A DNA stretch of 64,000 bases, from assembly GCA_041640595.1 (NCBI GenBank), contig JBEPZY010000005.1, positions 224,001 to 288,000 of the forward strand, written 5' to 3'. Of this stretch, positions 9,487-21,512 are shown piece by piece. Under the pieces are notes generated by a model. The model worked only from the letters and a program-made list of their open reading frames with translations, was not told the DNA's origin and ran no database searches. The stretch comes from Gemmatales bacterium (lineage in GTDB: Bacteria > Planctomycetota > Planctomycetia > Gemmatales > HRBIN36). Every line of letters begins with the position of its first letter. Positions within the stretch are counted from its first letter, which is position 1. Position numbers and translations under genes: made by a program.

Positions 9487-12400
9487 ATGGCCGGCGTCCA
9501 AATGCAGTCTCTGGAAGACGCACGCGAATGGTTGGAGCGATGTCGCATCCGGCAACCCGTGCGCGCCTGGCAAAACCTTGGCAGCTTGCAACGTAACTTA
9601 GGAACTGAGCGATTTCAGGAGTTAATCGAGCCGCTTTTTCGTTTTTTGCCGCGCTGTCCGGACCCGGATATGGCTTTGAATAACCTGGATCGGTTCCTTG
9701 CTCAGCCACGTGGTGCTGCCCAGCTGGAAACACTTCTGGATGGCATGGCCAGGCGGTTGGAGACGGTGCTGCAACTTTTTAGCACTAGCCAGTATTTTAG
9801 CGACCTGTTGACCAGCCATCCGGAAGACCTGGAAATGCTCTGGGTGCCGTTACGGCGAACCCCCCAGCGCGAGGAACTGCGTGCCCAGTTGCAAGCCGAA
9901 GTGGACGCCGCGTTTGAAGATTCAGCGGTCTTACGCGCCTTTCGCCGGTACCGGCAGCGGCAGCTTCTGCGTATCGGCACCAACGACATTATCCGCGATC
10001 GGCCACTCGAAGAAATCACCCTCGACATTTCCACGGTGGCAGAAGTCGCCGTCGAAGTCGCCCTGCAAACCGCCCTGCGACACATCCAGCAGCGTTTCGG
10101 CGAACCGGTGGATCTCTACGGCAATCCAGGTCGCTGCGTGGTGCTGGCGTTCGGTAAACTCGGCGGCGAGGAACTCAACTATAGCAGCGACATTGACATT
10201 ATGTTGATTTACAGCGAGGAGGGACAAACCCGTAGCCGTGCTCCGATTACCTTGAGCGAATTTTACAGCCGCGTGGTGACCGAGCTGGTGCGCCTCTTAA
10301 CCGCCCATCCTCCCGCCTATCGCGTGGATCTGCGTTTGCGACCGGAAGGCCATCATGGACCGTTGGCGCGTTCGCTGGCCAGCACCCTGACTTATTACGA
10401 TACGCTCGGCCGAACCTGGGAACGTCAGGCCCTTATTAAAATCCGACCCATTGCTGGCGACATGATCCTCGGCCAGCAGTTCCTCCAGAATATAGAACCA
10501 TTCGTGTACCGCAAATATCTCTCTTTTTCCGAGATCAATGAGATCAAGGCGATTAAGCGCCGCATAGACCGCAAGACAAGCCTGGCCGGTGCCGAAGACC
10601 TGGACGTCAAAACCGGCAAAGGCGGTATTCGTGATATTGAGTTTGTCATTCAGTTCCTGCAATTAGCAAACGGGGGCGATTTACCTGCTATTCGGCAACG
10701 AAACACTCTCAAGGCCATCGAGGCCCTCGAACAAGCCGGATGTCTCACCGATCAGGAAAGCCGATGCCTGGCAGATAATTATCGCTTCCTTCGTAAGCTG
10801 GAGCACCGCTTGCAACTCATGTTTGATTTGCAAACGCATCGTTTACCGCAAAACCAGGATGAATTACACAGGTTAGCCTTGCGTATGGGTTACGACGATG
10901 GGCCCGGTGGCCAGGCACTGTTGCATTTTTTACGCGATTATCGTGAAAAGACCGAATTGAATCGCACTGTCCTTAACCATTTGCTACAGGACGCATTTCA
11001 AAGTCCGGAAGTTGTTAGTGGCCCTGAAGCGGACTTGATTCTCGATCCCGATCCCGAACCGGAAGTGATACGACAGGTTCTAAGTAGATATCCCTTCCGC
11101 GACTGGGAAGCCGCTTATAAGAACTTGCAATTACTGGCGCAGGAACCGGTGCCGTTCATTTCATCCAGGCGTTGCCGCTATTTCCTGGCGCGGATTGCAG
11201 CACCTCTGTTGCAGGCGTTATCCGAAGCCCCCGACCCGGACATGGCTCTGGTGAACCTCGAAAAAGTGACCGCTTCCCTCGGTGCCAAAGGCGTGCTCTG
11301 GGAATTGTTTAGTTACAATCCTCCCACTTTACGGTTGTATGTCGAGCTCTGCGCCTGGAGCCAGTTTCTCTCGAATATCCTGATCAATAACCCCGGCATG
11401 ATTGACGAATTATTAGACACACTGGTTCTCAATCAGCCGCGAACCTACGACCAACTGAAAGCAGAATTGGACGATCTCTGCCGTAACGCCGAGGACCCGG
11501 AGCTAATCTTGCATAGTTTCCGTGATAAAGAACTGTTGCGGATCGGAGTTTACGATATTCTCGGTAAGGAGCCGGTGCCCGCTACTCTCCAAGCCCTGAG
11601 CATCCTGGCAGAAGTCATCCTGAGTAAGGCGGCAGAACTGGCCTGGCATGATCGGATACAGCGTTTCGGTGTGCCCATTGTCCAGGCAGGGCCCCGCGCT
11701 GGTCAGATAGCAGCGTTTGTTCTACTTGGTTTAGGCAAGCTGGGTGGACGGGAGATGAGTTATAACAGCGACCTCGATGTGATTCTGGTTTATGAAAGCG
11801 ATGGCCATACCCGACCTCTAACCGCTGACGACAGAGAAGTGTTATTAGAAAAATCCACACTTGGCCGGGCACTGCCCAGGTCGGCGGATAGGTGTGAACC
11901 TACCGATAATTTCCACTTCTTTAGTGAGATGGCACAACGCCTGATTCGCATTCTTGGTCAGCATGGCCCTTATGGAAAGCTATATACGGTGGATATGCGG
12001 CTACGCCCGACGGGACGTTCGGGAAGCTTAGTGGTACCGCTGGACGAATTTCGCCGTTACTATGAAAGCGCAGCGGCCCAACTCTGGGAACGGCAAGCGC
12101 TGACGCGAGCTCGCGTAGTTTACGGCGACCCGACATTGGCCAGTGAGGTGATGCGCGTGATTCACCAGGCAGTTTATGCCTGGCCCTGGAAACCGGAATA
12201 TATCGAGGAAATGCGATCCATGCGACGACGTTTGCAGGAAAGTCGGCCCCAGCGCGATTTCAAGCGTGGCTTCGGTGGCATTGTGGATATCGAATTCTAC
12301 GTGCAACTTTATCAAATCCGCTACGGTCGGCAGTATCCTGCTTTGCAGACCCCGAACGTTCGCCAGTCGCTGTATGCCCTGGAATCTTCGGGGTTGGTTC

Positions 12401-12660
12401 CGCTGAGTGAGGTGAGTGAACTGCGGGAACATTATGACTTTCTCCGTCGTGTAGAAAGTCGGCTGCGGATCGTACACGACTTATCTCAGGATGAGTTACC
12501 TGCCCGTGCGGAGGATATCGAAAAACTTGCTCGCCGGCTCGGTTATGAATCACACGGTGCTGCTTCCGCCGGAGAACAATTCCTTCGTGAAATGGAACAG
12601 CGCACGACACGCACCCGCCAGATTTTCAATCTGGCCTTAGACCGCGAAAAGAAGCGCTAA
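9487..12660 (+). CDS. glnE: Bifunctional glutamine synthetase adenylyltransferase/deadenylyltransferase
   Basis: Two nucleotidyltransferase domains: GKLGGEELNYSSDID..DLRLRPEG and GKLGGREMSYNSDLD..DMRLRPTG; WERQAL occurs twice. Confidence 0.96.
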   Translation: MAGVQMQSLEDAREWLERCRIRQPVRAWQNLGSLQRNLGTERFQELIEPLFRFLPRCPDPDMALNNLDRFLAQPRGAAQLETLLDGMARRLETVLQLFSTSQYFSDLLTSHPEDLEMLWVPLRRTPQREELRAQLQAEVDAAFEDSAVLRAFRRYRQRQLLRIGTNDIIRDRPLEEITLDISTVAEVAVEVALQTALRHIQQRFGEPVDLYGNPGRCVVLAFGKLGGEELNYSSDIDIMLIYSEEGQTRSRAPITLSEFYSRVVTELVRLLTAHPPAYRVDLRLRPEGHHGPLARSLASTLTYYDTLGRTWERQALIKIRPIAGDMILGQQFLQNIEPFVYRKYLSFSEINEIKAIKRRIDRKTSLAGAEDLDVKTGKGGIRDIEFVIQFLQLANGGDLPAIRQRNTLKAIEALEQAGCLTDQESRCLADNYRFLRKLEHRLQLMFDLQTHRLPQNQDELHRLALRMGYDDGPGGQALLHFLRDYREKTELNRTVLNHLLQDAFQSPEVVSGPEADLILDPDPEPEVIRQVLSRYPFRDWEAAYKNLQLLAQEPVPFISSRRCRYFLARIAAPLLQALSEAPDPDMALVNLEKVTASLGAKGVLWELFSYNPPTLRLYVELCAWSQFLSNILINNPGMIDELLDTLVLNQPRTYDQLKAELDDLCRNAEDPELILHSFRDKELLRIGVYDILGKEPVPATLQALSILAEVILSKAAELAWHDRIQRFGVPIVQAGPRAGQIAAFVLLGLGKLGGREMSYNSDLDVILVYESDGHTRPLTADDREVLLEKSTLGRALPRSADRCEPTDNFHFFSEMAQRLIRILGQHGPYGKLYTVDMRLRPTGRSGSLVVPLDEFRRYYESAAAQLWERQALTRARVVYGDPTLASEVMRVIHQAVYAWPWKPEYIEEMRSMRRRLQESRPQRDFKRGFGGIVDIEFYVQLYQIRYGRQYPALQTPNVRQSLYALESSGLVPLSEVSELREHYDFLRRVESRLRIVHDLSQDELPARAEDIEKLARRLGYESHGAASAGEQFLREMEQRTTRTRQIFNLALDREKKR

Positions 12661-12743
12661 TCCGAATGATCGCAGAAATTGTTGCAGGCAGTGTTTCTGG
12701 CCCAATACTAATAAATGGCGTTCCCATCGAGTTAAGTTCCAGG

Positions 12744-12796
12744 TTGACATTTCATGCCATGCTTGACAATCACGCGGCCATCGGCCAAGATAAAAT
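12744..12796 (+). promoter_or_regulatory. Putative promoter region with two TTGACA boxes
   Basis: TTGACA at 12744-12749 and 12763-12768, AT-rich AAGATAAAAT downstream; -35/-10 spacing is not canonical. Confidence 0.4.
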
Positions 12797-12887
12797 AAGA
12801 AAGCTAATCTCGTGCCTATAAGGCGAGGAGAGCCTGATTAGAACGTTGATGCCCACGATGAGCTACTACACTGACGGAGGAAGCGCC

Positions 12888-13595
12888 ATGAAGGATGGGC
12901 ACATGCACCTCGGGGTAGAGACTTTGGAGGATCGTTGCGTTCCCGCCGGGGTGGTACGCACGAGCTTTGTGCGGGGTTTATTCACCTTAACTGGCGACAA
13001 TCTCAATAACAGCGTCCGTCTGCAGTTCGGTAGCACTGGCAGAACACTTAGTGTCATTGGCCTCGATAACACGGTTATTGCTGGCCCTAACTTCGGTAAT
13101 GGTGTCCGCGACATTCGCATTAATATGCAGGGTGGTAACGACCTGGTTCTTATCTGGAACGGTAATATCGCCGGCAGTATCAGTATGGACATGGGTCAGG
13201 GTAGCGACCGTGTGATTCTCGGTTACACGACCATCGGCAATAAACTCACGATCACCGACCCTCTTGGTACGACAGAGGTGGCAATCACGGTAACGACTGT
13301 TCGAAATTCATCTGCAATACTCACCGGTTCGAGCGACGACAGGATTACAGTGGTGCAGTCGAATTTCCGCGGACCTTTCTTGCTCAACACTGGTAACGGT
13401 GTCGATACTGTTACCTTTACGGGTACTAACTTCGACGGTAGCTTTTTGGGATTGTTAGGAGACGGGAATGATACGATTACGCTTTCGAATTGTTTCTTTG
13501 GCCAACCCGGCGTTTTGGATGGCGGCAACGGTAACGACACACTATCCATTCCGACCGCTGTTATTGGTACACCGGCGACGATCGGCATACCATGA
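12888..13595 (+). CDS. Planctomycete extracellular protein with LEDRxVPA motif and Gly/Asn-rich beta-helix repeats
   Basis: VETLEDRCVPA near the N-terminus; GxGxD-like repeats about every 21-22 aa; GGAGGA SD before ATG 12888. Confidence 0.75.
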   Translation: MKDGHMHLGVETLEDRCVPAGVVRTSFVRGLFTLTGDNLNNSVRLQFGSTGRTLSVIGLDNTVIAGPNFGNGVRDIRINMQGGNDLVLIWNGNIAGSISMDMGQGSDRVILGYTTIGNKLTITDPLGTTEVAITVTTVRNSSAILTGSSDDRITVVQSNFRGPFLLNTGNGVDTVTFTGTNFDGSFLGLLGDGNDTITLSNCFFGQPGVLDGGNGNDTLSIPTAVIGTPATIGIP

Positions 13596-13612
13596 TAGTG
13601 ATCGGCTGTCCG

Positions 13613-15631
13613 CTAATCGAAAACAGTAAGGCGCCGGCCTCGTAAGTGAGCAGCAGTGGCAACAGCCTCCTGCGTGGAGAGGCGTTGGTGCACAATCAGG
13701 TGAATAGCCTGGGCGATAACAGCAGGATCGTCTTCACCGCAAAAGAGGACATTACGGCCGATAAGGCATCCTCGAATGTTAGGGCCTGCTCCCAGCCCTC
13801 GCTCCATATCTAACACAGTTAGCACCGGTTTGCCGGTCGCTTCTCCACCTAATAAAAGCACCGGCAGTGTGGTCGCTTTGGCAACGCGTGCGAAATCCTC
13901 GCAATAGGGAATTTTCAGCCAGATCCGGCCAGAATAATAACCCAAAGCGCTGGCGATACCGACAGCTTTTATGATATTGTCCGGGTTCAGGTCAGTTCTG
14001 TATCCACTCTCGGTTTTCTGTACGGGCAAGGGTTCGACGAAAGCTGGCAGGCCGAGATCGGCCAGTTCTTCCACAGCGCGGGCAACTCGTTCCAGGGTTT
14101 CCAGGGCATAACGATCATTTTTCTCGCCTTGCGGAACCCAGCGCCATAGCAACTTTCCGCCATCTAAATTCATCTCCTTGATTCGTTTGCCGGTCATATA
14201 ACTGGAAGGCCTATCCATCATTTCGTGTTCTGTTCCGGCTAGGCCGGTTCGATTCATGCTCCCGATTAATACCTTATTATCAAGGAAACTACGGCCAGTA
14301 CGTTCTCGCACCAGATAATTTAGCAAGGCAACGTCATCTATCACGTCGCTGGTTGCCATGAGCCCGTCAATGTCGCTGGCCAGTAAACAACGCGCAATGC
14401 GGCTCAGATAGTCGAGTCGGTGTCCCATGGCGGTAGGATGCTGGCCGACCCGGGTTACTCCCCGTGCTGGATGATCGGCTGCGAGAATTACTAATCTTCC
14501 GTCCGGTGCAAGGACGTTACGTCTTTTGCGGTTTTTCAGCTCTTCGAGGATCAATTCAGGTTTTTCCACGCGAAGCCTGGTGATTTCAGCAAAAACTTCT
14601 TCGGTCAGAAAATCCCGGGCCCGGAAGGCATAGCCCACAGGCAGGGCACTAACAACCTCCAGGCTATTAGCTGCCTCCTCTAATAATTCGTAGGCCACGC
14701 TAACCACGTGATTCGGTATTTCGGTACCTATCGGGCGAACGGCAATGCCGATGGGACCTGTGTAACCGACCTCGCTGAGGATGCGGAGGAATTCGGTCAG
14801 TTCTGAAGATTGAACCAGACTTCCTGGAACGCCGAAACGCGGATGAGTGTCACCACGCCGGTGAGGTTCACCGTCTGCTCCAACCGCGTTGGCAACGTGT
14901 ACCCAGAACAAAAATGGTGCAGCATGGGCGATGGATTGATAATTCTCCTGATTTAACCGTAGCCGACCACTATCGATACTTAGACCTAAATTGTCGTATC
15001 CTTCGCCGCGAAGTGTCTCGGTGATAGCGACGGCGCGAGCGATTGGTCCAACTAACTGATGCCGCCACAGTCCTGGTTCGGGTGAGCCACGATCGCATAC
15101 ACTCAAAACGAGCCGCAATTTCCTGGACCGTGCTTCTGCGGCCAGGCAACGCAGGGAGACTATCAAAGCTTGCTCAGCTTGTTGTTCGGTAATGGCGCTT
15201 TGAGCATCGTAAGGTTGCCCCGAAGCAGGATTGCGACCGCTGGCAACGAATAGGGTTCCCGCTCCATATTCCACAGCTTCATCCATGAGCCGAAGTATGC
15301 GATCTACTGCTCGCTGACGGTGGACCTGACTGAGACTAGATAAGTCTGCCGGATCCACTAAGTTTTCCTCGTTCGTCCATTGCACAGGTTCGCAGTGAAA
15401 GGCCACCTGTTTTCCGCTGTTTCGCAGACGGTCGGCCACCTGCTTACGCAGGGTTTTTGACTTCAACGAGGTCACTTCGATACAGGCAAAACGCTTGTCC
15501 TGCAGCACCCGATCCAGGTGCCGCAAGAGATAGTCTCCATCAATCAAGCTGCGCGACGCGCCATCAAGATTTCCCGGGCCTGGATATGCCATATAAAAGA
15601 CTAGTGAGCGGAGGTTTTTGTCGAGCGCCAT
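13613..15631 (-). CDS. Fusion of a sugar-phosphate isomerase/epimerase TIM barrel and a Cgl0159-like class I aldolase barrel
   Basis: N-half has a xylose-isomerase-like fold signature (HVANA..DTHPRFG). C-half has LAADHPARG, GSMNRTGLAG, DGGK, WLKIP, LLLGG, IGRNVL. Start probably 15631 because the promoter overlaps the ORF-track start. Confidence 0.75.
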   Translation of the reverse strand: MALDKNLRSLVFYMAYPGPGNLDGASRSLIDGDYLLRHLDRVLQDKRFACIEVTSLKSKTLRKQVADRLRNSGKQVAFHCEPVQWTNEENLVDPADLSSLSQVHRQRAVDRILRLMDEAVEYGAGTLFVASGRNPASGQPYDAQSAITEQQAEQALIVSLRCLAAEARSRKLRLVLSVCDRGSPEPGLWRHQLVGPIARAVAITETLRGEGYDNLGLSIDSGRLRLNQENYQSIAHAAPFLFWVHVANAVGADGEPHRRGDTHPRFGVPGSLVQSSELTEFLRILSEVGYTGPIGIAVRPIGTEIPNHVVSVAYELLEEAANSLEVVSALPVGYAFRARDFLTEEVFAEITRLRVEKPELILEELKNRKRRNVLAPDGRLVILAADHPARGVTRVGQHPTAMGHRLDYLSRIARCLLASDIDGLMATSDVIDDVALLNYLVRERTGRSFLDNKVLIGSMNRTGLAGTEHEMMDRPSSYMTGKRIKEMNLDGGKLLWRWVPQGEKNDRYALETLERVARAVEELADLGLPAFVEPLPVQKTESGYRTDLNPDNIIKAVGIASALGYYSGRIWLKIPYCEDFARVAKATTLPVLLLGGEATGKPVLTVLDMERGLGAGPNIRGCLIGRNVLFCGEDDPAVIAQAIHLIVHQRLSTQEAVATAAHLRGRRLTVFD

Positions 15632-15712
15632 GGTTGATGTCCCGATGAGCGAAAATTTTGCCGTTGCCAAAATTTCTTTCCCTGACCGGAAGTGGTCACG
15701 TCGTGCTGGCTC

Positions 15713-15740
15713 ATAGTAGTGGCTGATCAAATTCCGTCAA
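15713..15740 (-). promoter_or_regulatory. Sigma70-type promoter TTGACG-N16-TACTAT
   Basis: Minus-strand boxes at 15740-15735 and 15718-15713. Confidence 0.5.
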
Positions 15741-15900
15741 GTGGCCTGCACCGTGGATTGTCAAGCCGCTGGCTGTGAACGTGATGTGCACTCTGGCTCA
15801 ACAATTCGCGGTTTTAGTGGTGTGTGCGAAATCGTACTGCACATGGCGAAACCTTGTCGTTACTGCCTAAAATGTAACAGGTTTAGCATGGCCGTCCAGG

Positions 15901-18684
15901 ATGCCGAAACGCAAGGAATCCAATATGGCACAACGCGTGCGACCTCGAGAAACTGTCTATTTAGTGGACGCTTATTCGCTGATATTTCAGGTATTTCACG
16001 CTTTGCCGAGGATGACCAGTCCGCAAGGGATGCCGACCAATGCCATTTTCGGTTTTGGCGGTGATTTGTTGCGCCTGCGGCGAAAGAAACCGGATTACAT
16101 GATCGTCGTTCTAGATGCCCCCGGCAAAACGTTCCGCGAACAGATCTATGCCGACTATAAGGCTCAGCGTCCGCCCATGCCGGAGGACCTGCAGCAGCAG
16201 ATGCCCGTGATTCGGGATCTTGTCCACGCGCTAAACCTACCATTATTAGAGGTGCCTGGTTATGAAGCCGATGATGTGCTGGCCACCATTGCCCACCGTG
16301 CAGAAGCGGAGGGTAAGGAGGTTTTCATTTGCACCAACGACAAAGATTGCCGACAACTCATCACTGATCATGTTCGCATCTATAATGTGCGAAAGGACCT
16401 TATTTATGACCGGGAAGCTTTGCAGCGTGAATGGGGGATCACGCCCGAGCAAGTGGTTGATTTTTTGGCACTAATCGGCGACAGTGTGGATAATGTTCCG
16501 GGTGTGCCTGGTGTCGGACCAAAAACGGCAGCTAAGTTATTGCAGCAATTTCGAACCTTAGACAATTTGTTAGCTCATATTCAGGAGGTCAAACCGCCGC
16601 GGTTACAGCAAGCTTTGCAGCAACATGCTGAGGAAGTGCGAACAGCCCGTAGTCTGGTACGGCTAAGGCGCGATGTGCCTATTGACTTTCGTTGGGAAGA
16701 GTGGCGGCTAGCGAAGCCGCATATAGAACAGTTACGGAAACTTTTTCATGATGCTGGCATCAAGCGTTATGATAGCGAGCTGGAGGCCCTTGCCAGGGAG
16801 GATCCGCCTGGGGAGACAGGATTACTTTTCTCACTGGAACCCGAAAAAAGCTGGCAAGCTCGTTACGAACTAGTGGATACGGAAGAAAAATTCCAGGCAT
16901 TTATGGGAAGATTATCGCAAGCTACTAAATTCGCCCTTGACCTGGAAACGACTGGACTGAATCCAATGCGTGCTGATATTGTCGGTCTGGCATTCTGCTG
17001 GCAGGAGGGTGAGGCATATTACCTTCCTCTGCGTGGGCCACTAGGCCAGTCAGTATTGTCTCCCGATGGTGTATGGAAGGATCTCGCCCCGATCTTGCAA
17101 AGTTCCGAAGTCGGTAAGGTCAATCAAAATATCAAGTATGACTATGTGGTGTTGAAACGAGCCGGCATTGAATTGGCAGGGATTCAAGGGGACCCGATGA
17201 TCGCGGATTATCTCCTTGAAGCCGGGCACCGCCGTCATAACCTGGAAGACCTGTCACGCCGTTATTTAGAACACACTCCGATAGCGATAACAGAGCTGAT
17301 AGGTAAGCGGGGACGTGCCCAGAAAAGCATGGCAGATGTTGATACTCAGCGTGTAGCGGACTACGCTGCAGAAGACGCAGATCTGGCCTGGCGGCTCTGC
17401 GCGCTATTGGAACAAAAATTAGCCGAGCAGAATTTGGAGCGGTTGTATCGAGAGGTTGAAATCCCTCTTATTCCAGTGCTGGGAGATATGGAATATGCAG
17501 GTGTCGCTGTGGACGTAGGGATGTTGCGGCGACTAAGCCTGGAATATGCTCAACGCATGTCGGAACTGGAGGCAGAAATTTATCGTTTAGCGGGTCGGCG
17601 TTTCGCTATAAACTCCCTTGAGCAGCTTCGGCAAGTGTTATTCGATGAACTAAGATTGCCTTCGCTGCGAAAAACAGCCATTACCGGTGAGGAAAGCACC
17701 GCTCAGGATGTGCTGGAAGAATTGGCGGCGGCCGGGTATGAATTACCGCGACGTGTACTGGAATACCGGCAGTTGGCCAAGCTGCGAAGCACCTATTTAG
17801 ACGCCTTGCCACGTTTAGTTAATCCCCAAACCGGTCGGATTCACGCTTCTTTCAACCAGACGGTAACCGCCACAGGGCGACTAAGCTCGAGTAATCCCAA
17901 TCTCCAGAACATTCCGGTTCGTAGCGAGCTGGGTGAGCAAATCCGGCAAGCATTTATAGCACCTGCTGAAGATTGGTTGCTGTTGACGGCGGATTATTCC
18001 CAGATCGAGTTGCGTATATTAGCGCACTATTCCCGGGACGTGAATCTAGCCGAAGCATTCGCTCGAGACCAGGATATTCACGCGAGTGTGGCGGCTCAGG
18101 TATTTGGCGTGCCCATTGAACAGGTGACTAAAGAGCAGCGCCGTGTAGCGAAAACGATTAATTTCGGAATTATTTACGGTCTAAGCCCATACGGTCTGGC
18201 CCGGCGCCTCGGAATTTCGCAGGAGGAAGCAGGGCAGTTTATAGACGCTTATTTCGGTCGCTATCCGGGAGTGCTGGCGTTTCAGGAACAGGTGCTGGCT
18301 GAGTGTCGGGAGAAAGGTTACGTGAGTACGATACTAGGACGTCGGCGTGCTATTAGCGGAGTGCGCGCCGTGTCCAGTTACCGTCAACGCAATGCCCCGG
18401 AACGGGAAGCGCTCAACACTGTCATTCAAGGATCAGCTGCAGATTTAATCAAGGTGGCGATGGTGCGACTCTGGCAATGGTTGAAGCAAGGGGGATTCAA
18501 GGCGCGACTAATTTTGCAGATTCACGACGAATTGGTGTTAGAGGTTCCTCGCAACGAATTGCCGGAGGTAGCGCGACTGACGCAGGAAGCGATGACCGGC
18601 GCTCTAAGCTTAAGTGTGCCGCTCCGTGTTGACCTGGCGGCGGGACCGAATTGGTTGCAAGTGGAGCCGGTTGTAGTGAACTAA
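15901..18684 (+). CDS. polA: DNA polymerase I
   Basis: 5'-3' exonuclease ([15 protein letters not shown]), 3'-5' exonuclease (DLET, NIKYD), polymerase motifs [23 protein letters not shown]. Confidence 0.98.
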   Translation: MPKRKESNMAQRVRPRETVYLVDAYSLIFQVFHALPRMTSPQGMPTNAIFGFGGDLLRLRRKKPDYMIVVLDAPGKTFREQIYADYKAQRPPMPEDLQQQMPVIRDLVHALNLPLLEVPGYEADDVLATIAHRAEAEGKEVFICTNDKDCRQLITDHVRIYNVRKDLIYDREALQREWGITPEQVVDFLALIGDSVDNVPGVPGVGPKTAAKLLQQFRTLDNLLAHIQEVKPPRLQQALQQHAEEVRTARSLVRLRRDVPIDFRWEEWRLAKPHIEQLRKLFHDAGIKRYDSELEALAREDPPGETGLLFSLEPEKSWQARYELVDTEEKFQAFMGRLSQATKFALDLETTGLNPMRADIVGLAFCWQEGEAYYLPLRGPLGQSVLSPDGVWKDLAPILQSSEVGKVNQNIKYDYVVLKRAGIELAGIQGDPMIADYLLEAGHRRHNLEDLSRRYLEHTPIAITELIGKRGRAQKSMADVDTQRVADYAAEDADLAWRLCALLEQKLAEQNLERLYREVEIPLIPVLGDMEYAGVAVDVGMLRRLSLEYAQRMSELEAEIYRLAGRRFAINSLEQLRQVLFDELRLPSLRKTAITGEESTAQDVLEELAAAGYELPRRVLEYRQLAKLRSTYLDALPRLVNPQTGRIHASFNQTVTATGRLSSSNPNLQNIPVRSELGEQIRQAFIAPAEDWLLLTADYSQIELRILAHYSRDVNLAEAFARDQDIHASVAAQVFGVPIEQVTKEQRRVAKTINFGIIYGLSPYGLARRLGISQEEAGQFIDAYFGRYPGVLAFQEQVLAECREKGYVSTILGRRRAISGVRAVSSYRQRNAPEREALNTVIQGSAADLIKVAMVRLWQWLKQGGFKARLILQIHDELVLEVPRNELPEVARLTQEAMTGALSLSVPLRVDLAAGPNWLQVEPVVVN

Positions 18685-21512
18685 GCGACAACCAGGTTGA
18701 TAAGCTTATTGGGGACAACGATGGTTTTGCGAATCGTTTTGCCAGCGAGCCAATCGCGGACACGGGGATCGGCGAGAGCGGCTTGTTTGACCGCATTTTC
18801 ATCAGCATCTACGGGTACGGTGATGCGGGTGCGCACTTTCCCATTGATTTGGACAGGCATTTCGATTTCCTCAGCGCGAATTAGCTGGGGGTCGTACTCC
18901 GGCCAGGGATGATAGGCAAGCGACTCATTATGCCCCAGCGCCTGCCAGAGTTCCTCACTAATATGCGGAGCGAAAGGTGACAACAGGAGAATAAAAGTTT
19001 CAAGAACTCCTCTAGGACGCACCTCTGATCGGCTCAAGTAATTGGTAAATTCCATCATAGCGGCAATAGCTGTGTTGAAACGCATAGCCTCGATATCCTC
19101 GGTAACCTTCTTAATAGTGAGGTGTAATCGTCTAAGCGTTTCGCGATCAGGCTCTATGTCCTGGACGGCCGGGCTTAGTTTCATGGAATCAGCTTCTTCG
19201 TCAACGACCAGGCGCCAAACGCGGTGTAAGAAACGGTAAACGCCTTCGACACCGCGCATACTCCAGGGCTTAGTCGCTTCCAGAGGCCCCATAAACATTT
19301 CATACAGGCGAAGACTATCAGCTCCGTATTCGGCTACCACTTCGTCCGGGTTAATAACGTTGCCGCGGCTTTTAGACATCTTATAAGCGCGAGCATCTAT
19401 GCGGATGTGCGGGTGCTCTTTGAGGACAAAGAAGTCGCCACGCTTCTCGACCTGGTCTTCGCTAAGGCGTATGCGCTGGTAACGTTCGCCGGTGCGTTTA
19501 TCCTCGGCAGTTTCTTCCAGGACATATTCAGCGGAAACCCATTCGCCCCGTGAATTCTGAAAAGCTGTGTATTCCAGCTCGCCGAGGATCATTCCCTGAT
19601 TGACCAGTTTCTGGAACGGTTCGGGGGTGGAGACGTAGCCGCGGTCGTAGAGCACTTTATGCCAGAAGCGTGAGTAAAGCAGATGCAGAACAGCATGCTC
19701 GGCACCGCCTACGTATAAGTCCACGGGCATCCAGGCTTTTTCTTTAGCCCGGTCGCAAAAGCTTCGGTCGTTATGCGGGTCTATATAGCGGAGATAATAC
19801 CAGCAGGAACCAGCCCATTGCGGCATGGTATTAGTTTCGCGTTTGTAACGTTTGCCATTGCGCGTGACGTAAACCCAGTCCTTAGCTTTTTCGAGTGGTG
19901 GCTCAGGCTTACCTGTAGGCTTGAAATCTTCCAATTCCGGGAGAGTGACAGGCAATTCGTTGACCGGCACGGGCTCGATGACACCGGTAGGATTACCTTG
20001 CTCATCCAACTCAAAAAGGATCGGAAACGGCTCACCCCAATAGCGCTGGCGGCTGAAAAGCCAATCGCGGAGCTTGTAATTGACCTTATGACGTCCCAGA
20101 CCGCGTTCGCTCAGCCAGGAGGTGATGCGCTGTTTGAATTCCGCGGTGGTCAGCCCGTCGAACTCGCCGCTATGAATAGCCACGCCGTCCTCGACATAGG
20201 CACAGGACAGGTGGTCAACAGTGCTATTGGTTTTCTGCAGCCACTCTTGTGGTGGTCGAACCACAGTGCGAATAGGTAGGCCAAACTGTTTGGCGAACTC
20301 GAAGTCGCGTTCGTCATGGGCAGGCACGGCCATGATGGCCCCCGTGCCGTAACTGATGAGTACATAGTCAGCAATCCAGATAGGGATGCGTTCGTTATTG
20401 ACGGGATTGATGGCATAGGCCCCCGTAAACACACCGGTTTTGCGGCGAGCCAGTTCCGTGCGCTCCAGTTCGCTTTTGCGGGCTGCTTCTGCGCAATAGG
20501 CTTCGACTGCCGCTCGCTGTTGGGGTGTGGTGATACGCGAGACCAGTGGGTGTTCCGGAGCCAGCACCATGTAGGTAGCGCCGAAAAGCGTGTCTGGACG
20601 CGTCGTGTAAATGCGGATAACGTCCGGTTCCGGTCGTTCGGGGAAGCCGTGAACCTGGCGACTGGCCCGCCACTCCTGGTAAGCCTGCTCTGGACGGTCG
20701 AGAGGAAAGTCCACCTCGGCACCTTCGCTGCGTCCAATCCAATTGCGTTGCATTTCCTTGATGGGTTCGGGCCAGTCGACTAAATCGAGGTCGCGCAGGA
20801 GCCGTTCCGCATAAGCCGTGATTCGCAGCATCCATTGCCGCAGCGGAATGCGAATAACGGGATGACCGCCGCGTTCCGACTTGCCATCCACCACTTCTTC
20901 GTTAGCCAGCACCGTGCCGAGAGCCGGACACCAGTTGACGGGCGCGTCGGCCAGATAGGCCAGGCGTTTACTATCGCGGTACTGGCGGACTGCCAACTCG
21001 CCCTGTGCTTGCACTTCGGGAGGGATCGGCAACTCGGCTATAGGGCGACCACGCTGTTGTTGCTCGTCGTACCAAGTGTCGAAAAGCACCAGGAAAATCC
21101 ATTGTGTCCACCGATAGTATGCCGGGTCAGTGGTATCAATTTCGCGGTCCCAATCGTAACTGAACCCGAGCATTTGAATTTGGCGGCGGAAGGTGGCGAT
21201 GTTCTGTTGCGTGGTGATGCGAGGGTGTGTGCCCGTTTCAATGGCATACTGCTCGGCAGGAAGCCCGAAGGCGTCCCAACCCATCGGGTGTAAAACGCAG
21301 TAACCCCGCATCCTCTTGTAACGGGCCACGATGTCGGTTGCCGTGTAACCTTCCGGGTGTCCGACGTGTAAGCCGGCCCCGCTCGGATAGGGAAACATGT
21401 CCAGGACGTAAAACTTAGGCTTGTCGGGAAAATCGGGCGTACGAAAGGTCTTGTGCGTCAGCCAGTATTTTTGCCACTTTGGCTCGATCACCTGGGGATT
21501 GTACTTGGGCAT
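18681..21512 (-). CDS. leuS: Leucine--tRNA ligase
   Basis: [14 protein letters not shown] (HIGH), TTRPDT editing domain, KMSKS. Confidence 0.98.
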   Translation of the reverse strand: MPKYNPQVIEPKWQKYWLTHKTFRTPDFPDKPKFYVLDMFPYPSGAGLHVGHPEGYTATDIVARYKRMRGYCVLHPMGWDAFGLPAEQYAIETGTHPRITTQQNIATFRRQIQMLGFSYDWDREIDTTDPAYYRWTQWIFLVLFDTWYDEQQQRGRPIAELPIPPEVQAQGELAVRQYRDSKRLAYLADAPVNWCPALGTVLANEEVVDGKSERGGHPVIRIPLRQWMLRITAYAERLLRDLDLVDWPEPIKEMQRNWIGRSEGAEVDFPLDRPEQAYQEWRASRQVHGFPERPEPDVIRIYTTRPDTLFGATYMVLAPEHPLVSRITTPQQRAAVEAYCAEAARKSELERTELARRKTGVFTGAYAINPVNNERIPIWIADYVLISYGTGAIMAVPAHDERDFEFAKQFGLPIRTVVRPPQEWLQKTNSTVDHLSCAYVEDGVAIHSGEFDGLTTAEFKQRITSWLSERGLGRHKVNYKLRDWLFSRQRYWGEPFPILFELDEQGNPTGVIEPVPVNELPVTLPELEDFKPTGKPEPPLEKAKDWVYVTRNGKRYKRETNTMPQWAGSCWYYLRYIDPHNDRSFCDRAKEKAWMPVDLYVGGAEHAVLHLLYSRFWHKVLYDRGYVSTPEPFQKLVNQGMILGELEYTAFQNSRGEWVSAEYVLEETAEDKRTGERYQRIRLSEDQVEKRGDFFVLKEHPHIRIDARAYKMSKSRGNVINPDEVVAEYGADSLRLYEMFMGPLEATKPWSMRGVEGVYRFLHRVWRLVVDEEADSMKLSPAVQDIEPDRETLRRLHLTIKKVTEDIEAMRFNTAIAAMMEFTNYLSRSEVRPRGVLETFILLLSPFAPHISEELWQALGHNESLAYHPWPEYDPQLIRAEEIEMPVQINGKVRTRITVPVDADENAVKQAALADPRVRDWLAGKTIRKTIVVPNKLINLVVA

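Noticed and set aside
18681..18684. polA and leuS stop codons overlap convergently
   Set aside because: Common in compact genomes; other short convergent overlaps occur here too (54116-54119)
10600..19300. Lower-GC stretch suggesting a genomic island
   Set aside because: It consists largely of housekeeping genes (glnE, polA, leuS) with no mobility signatures; more likely regional or expression-linked codon bias
15901..21512. Inteins or introns in polA/leuS
   Set aside because: Lengths are normal and no splicing or homing-endonuclease motifs are seen
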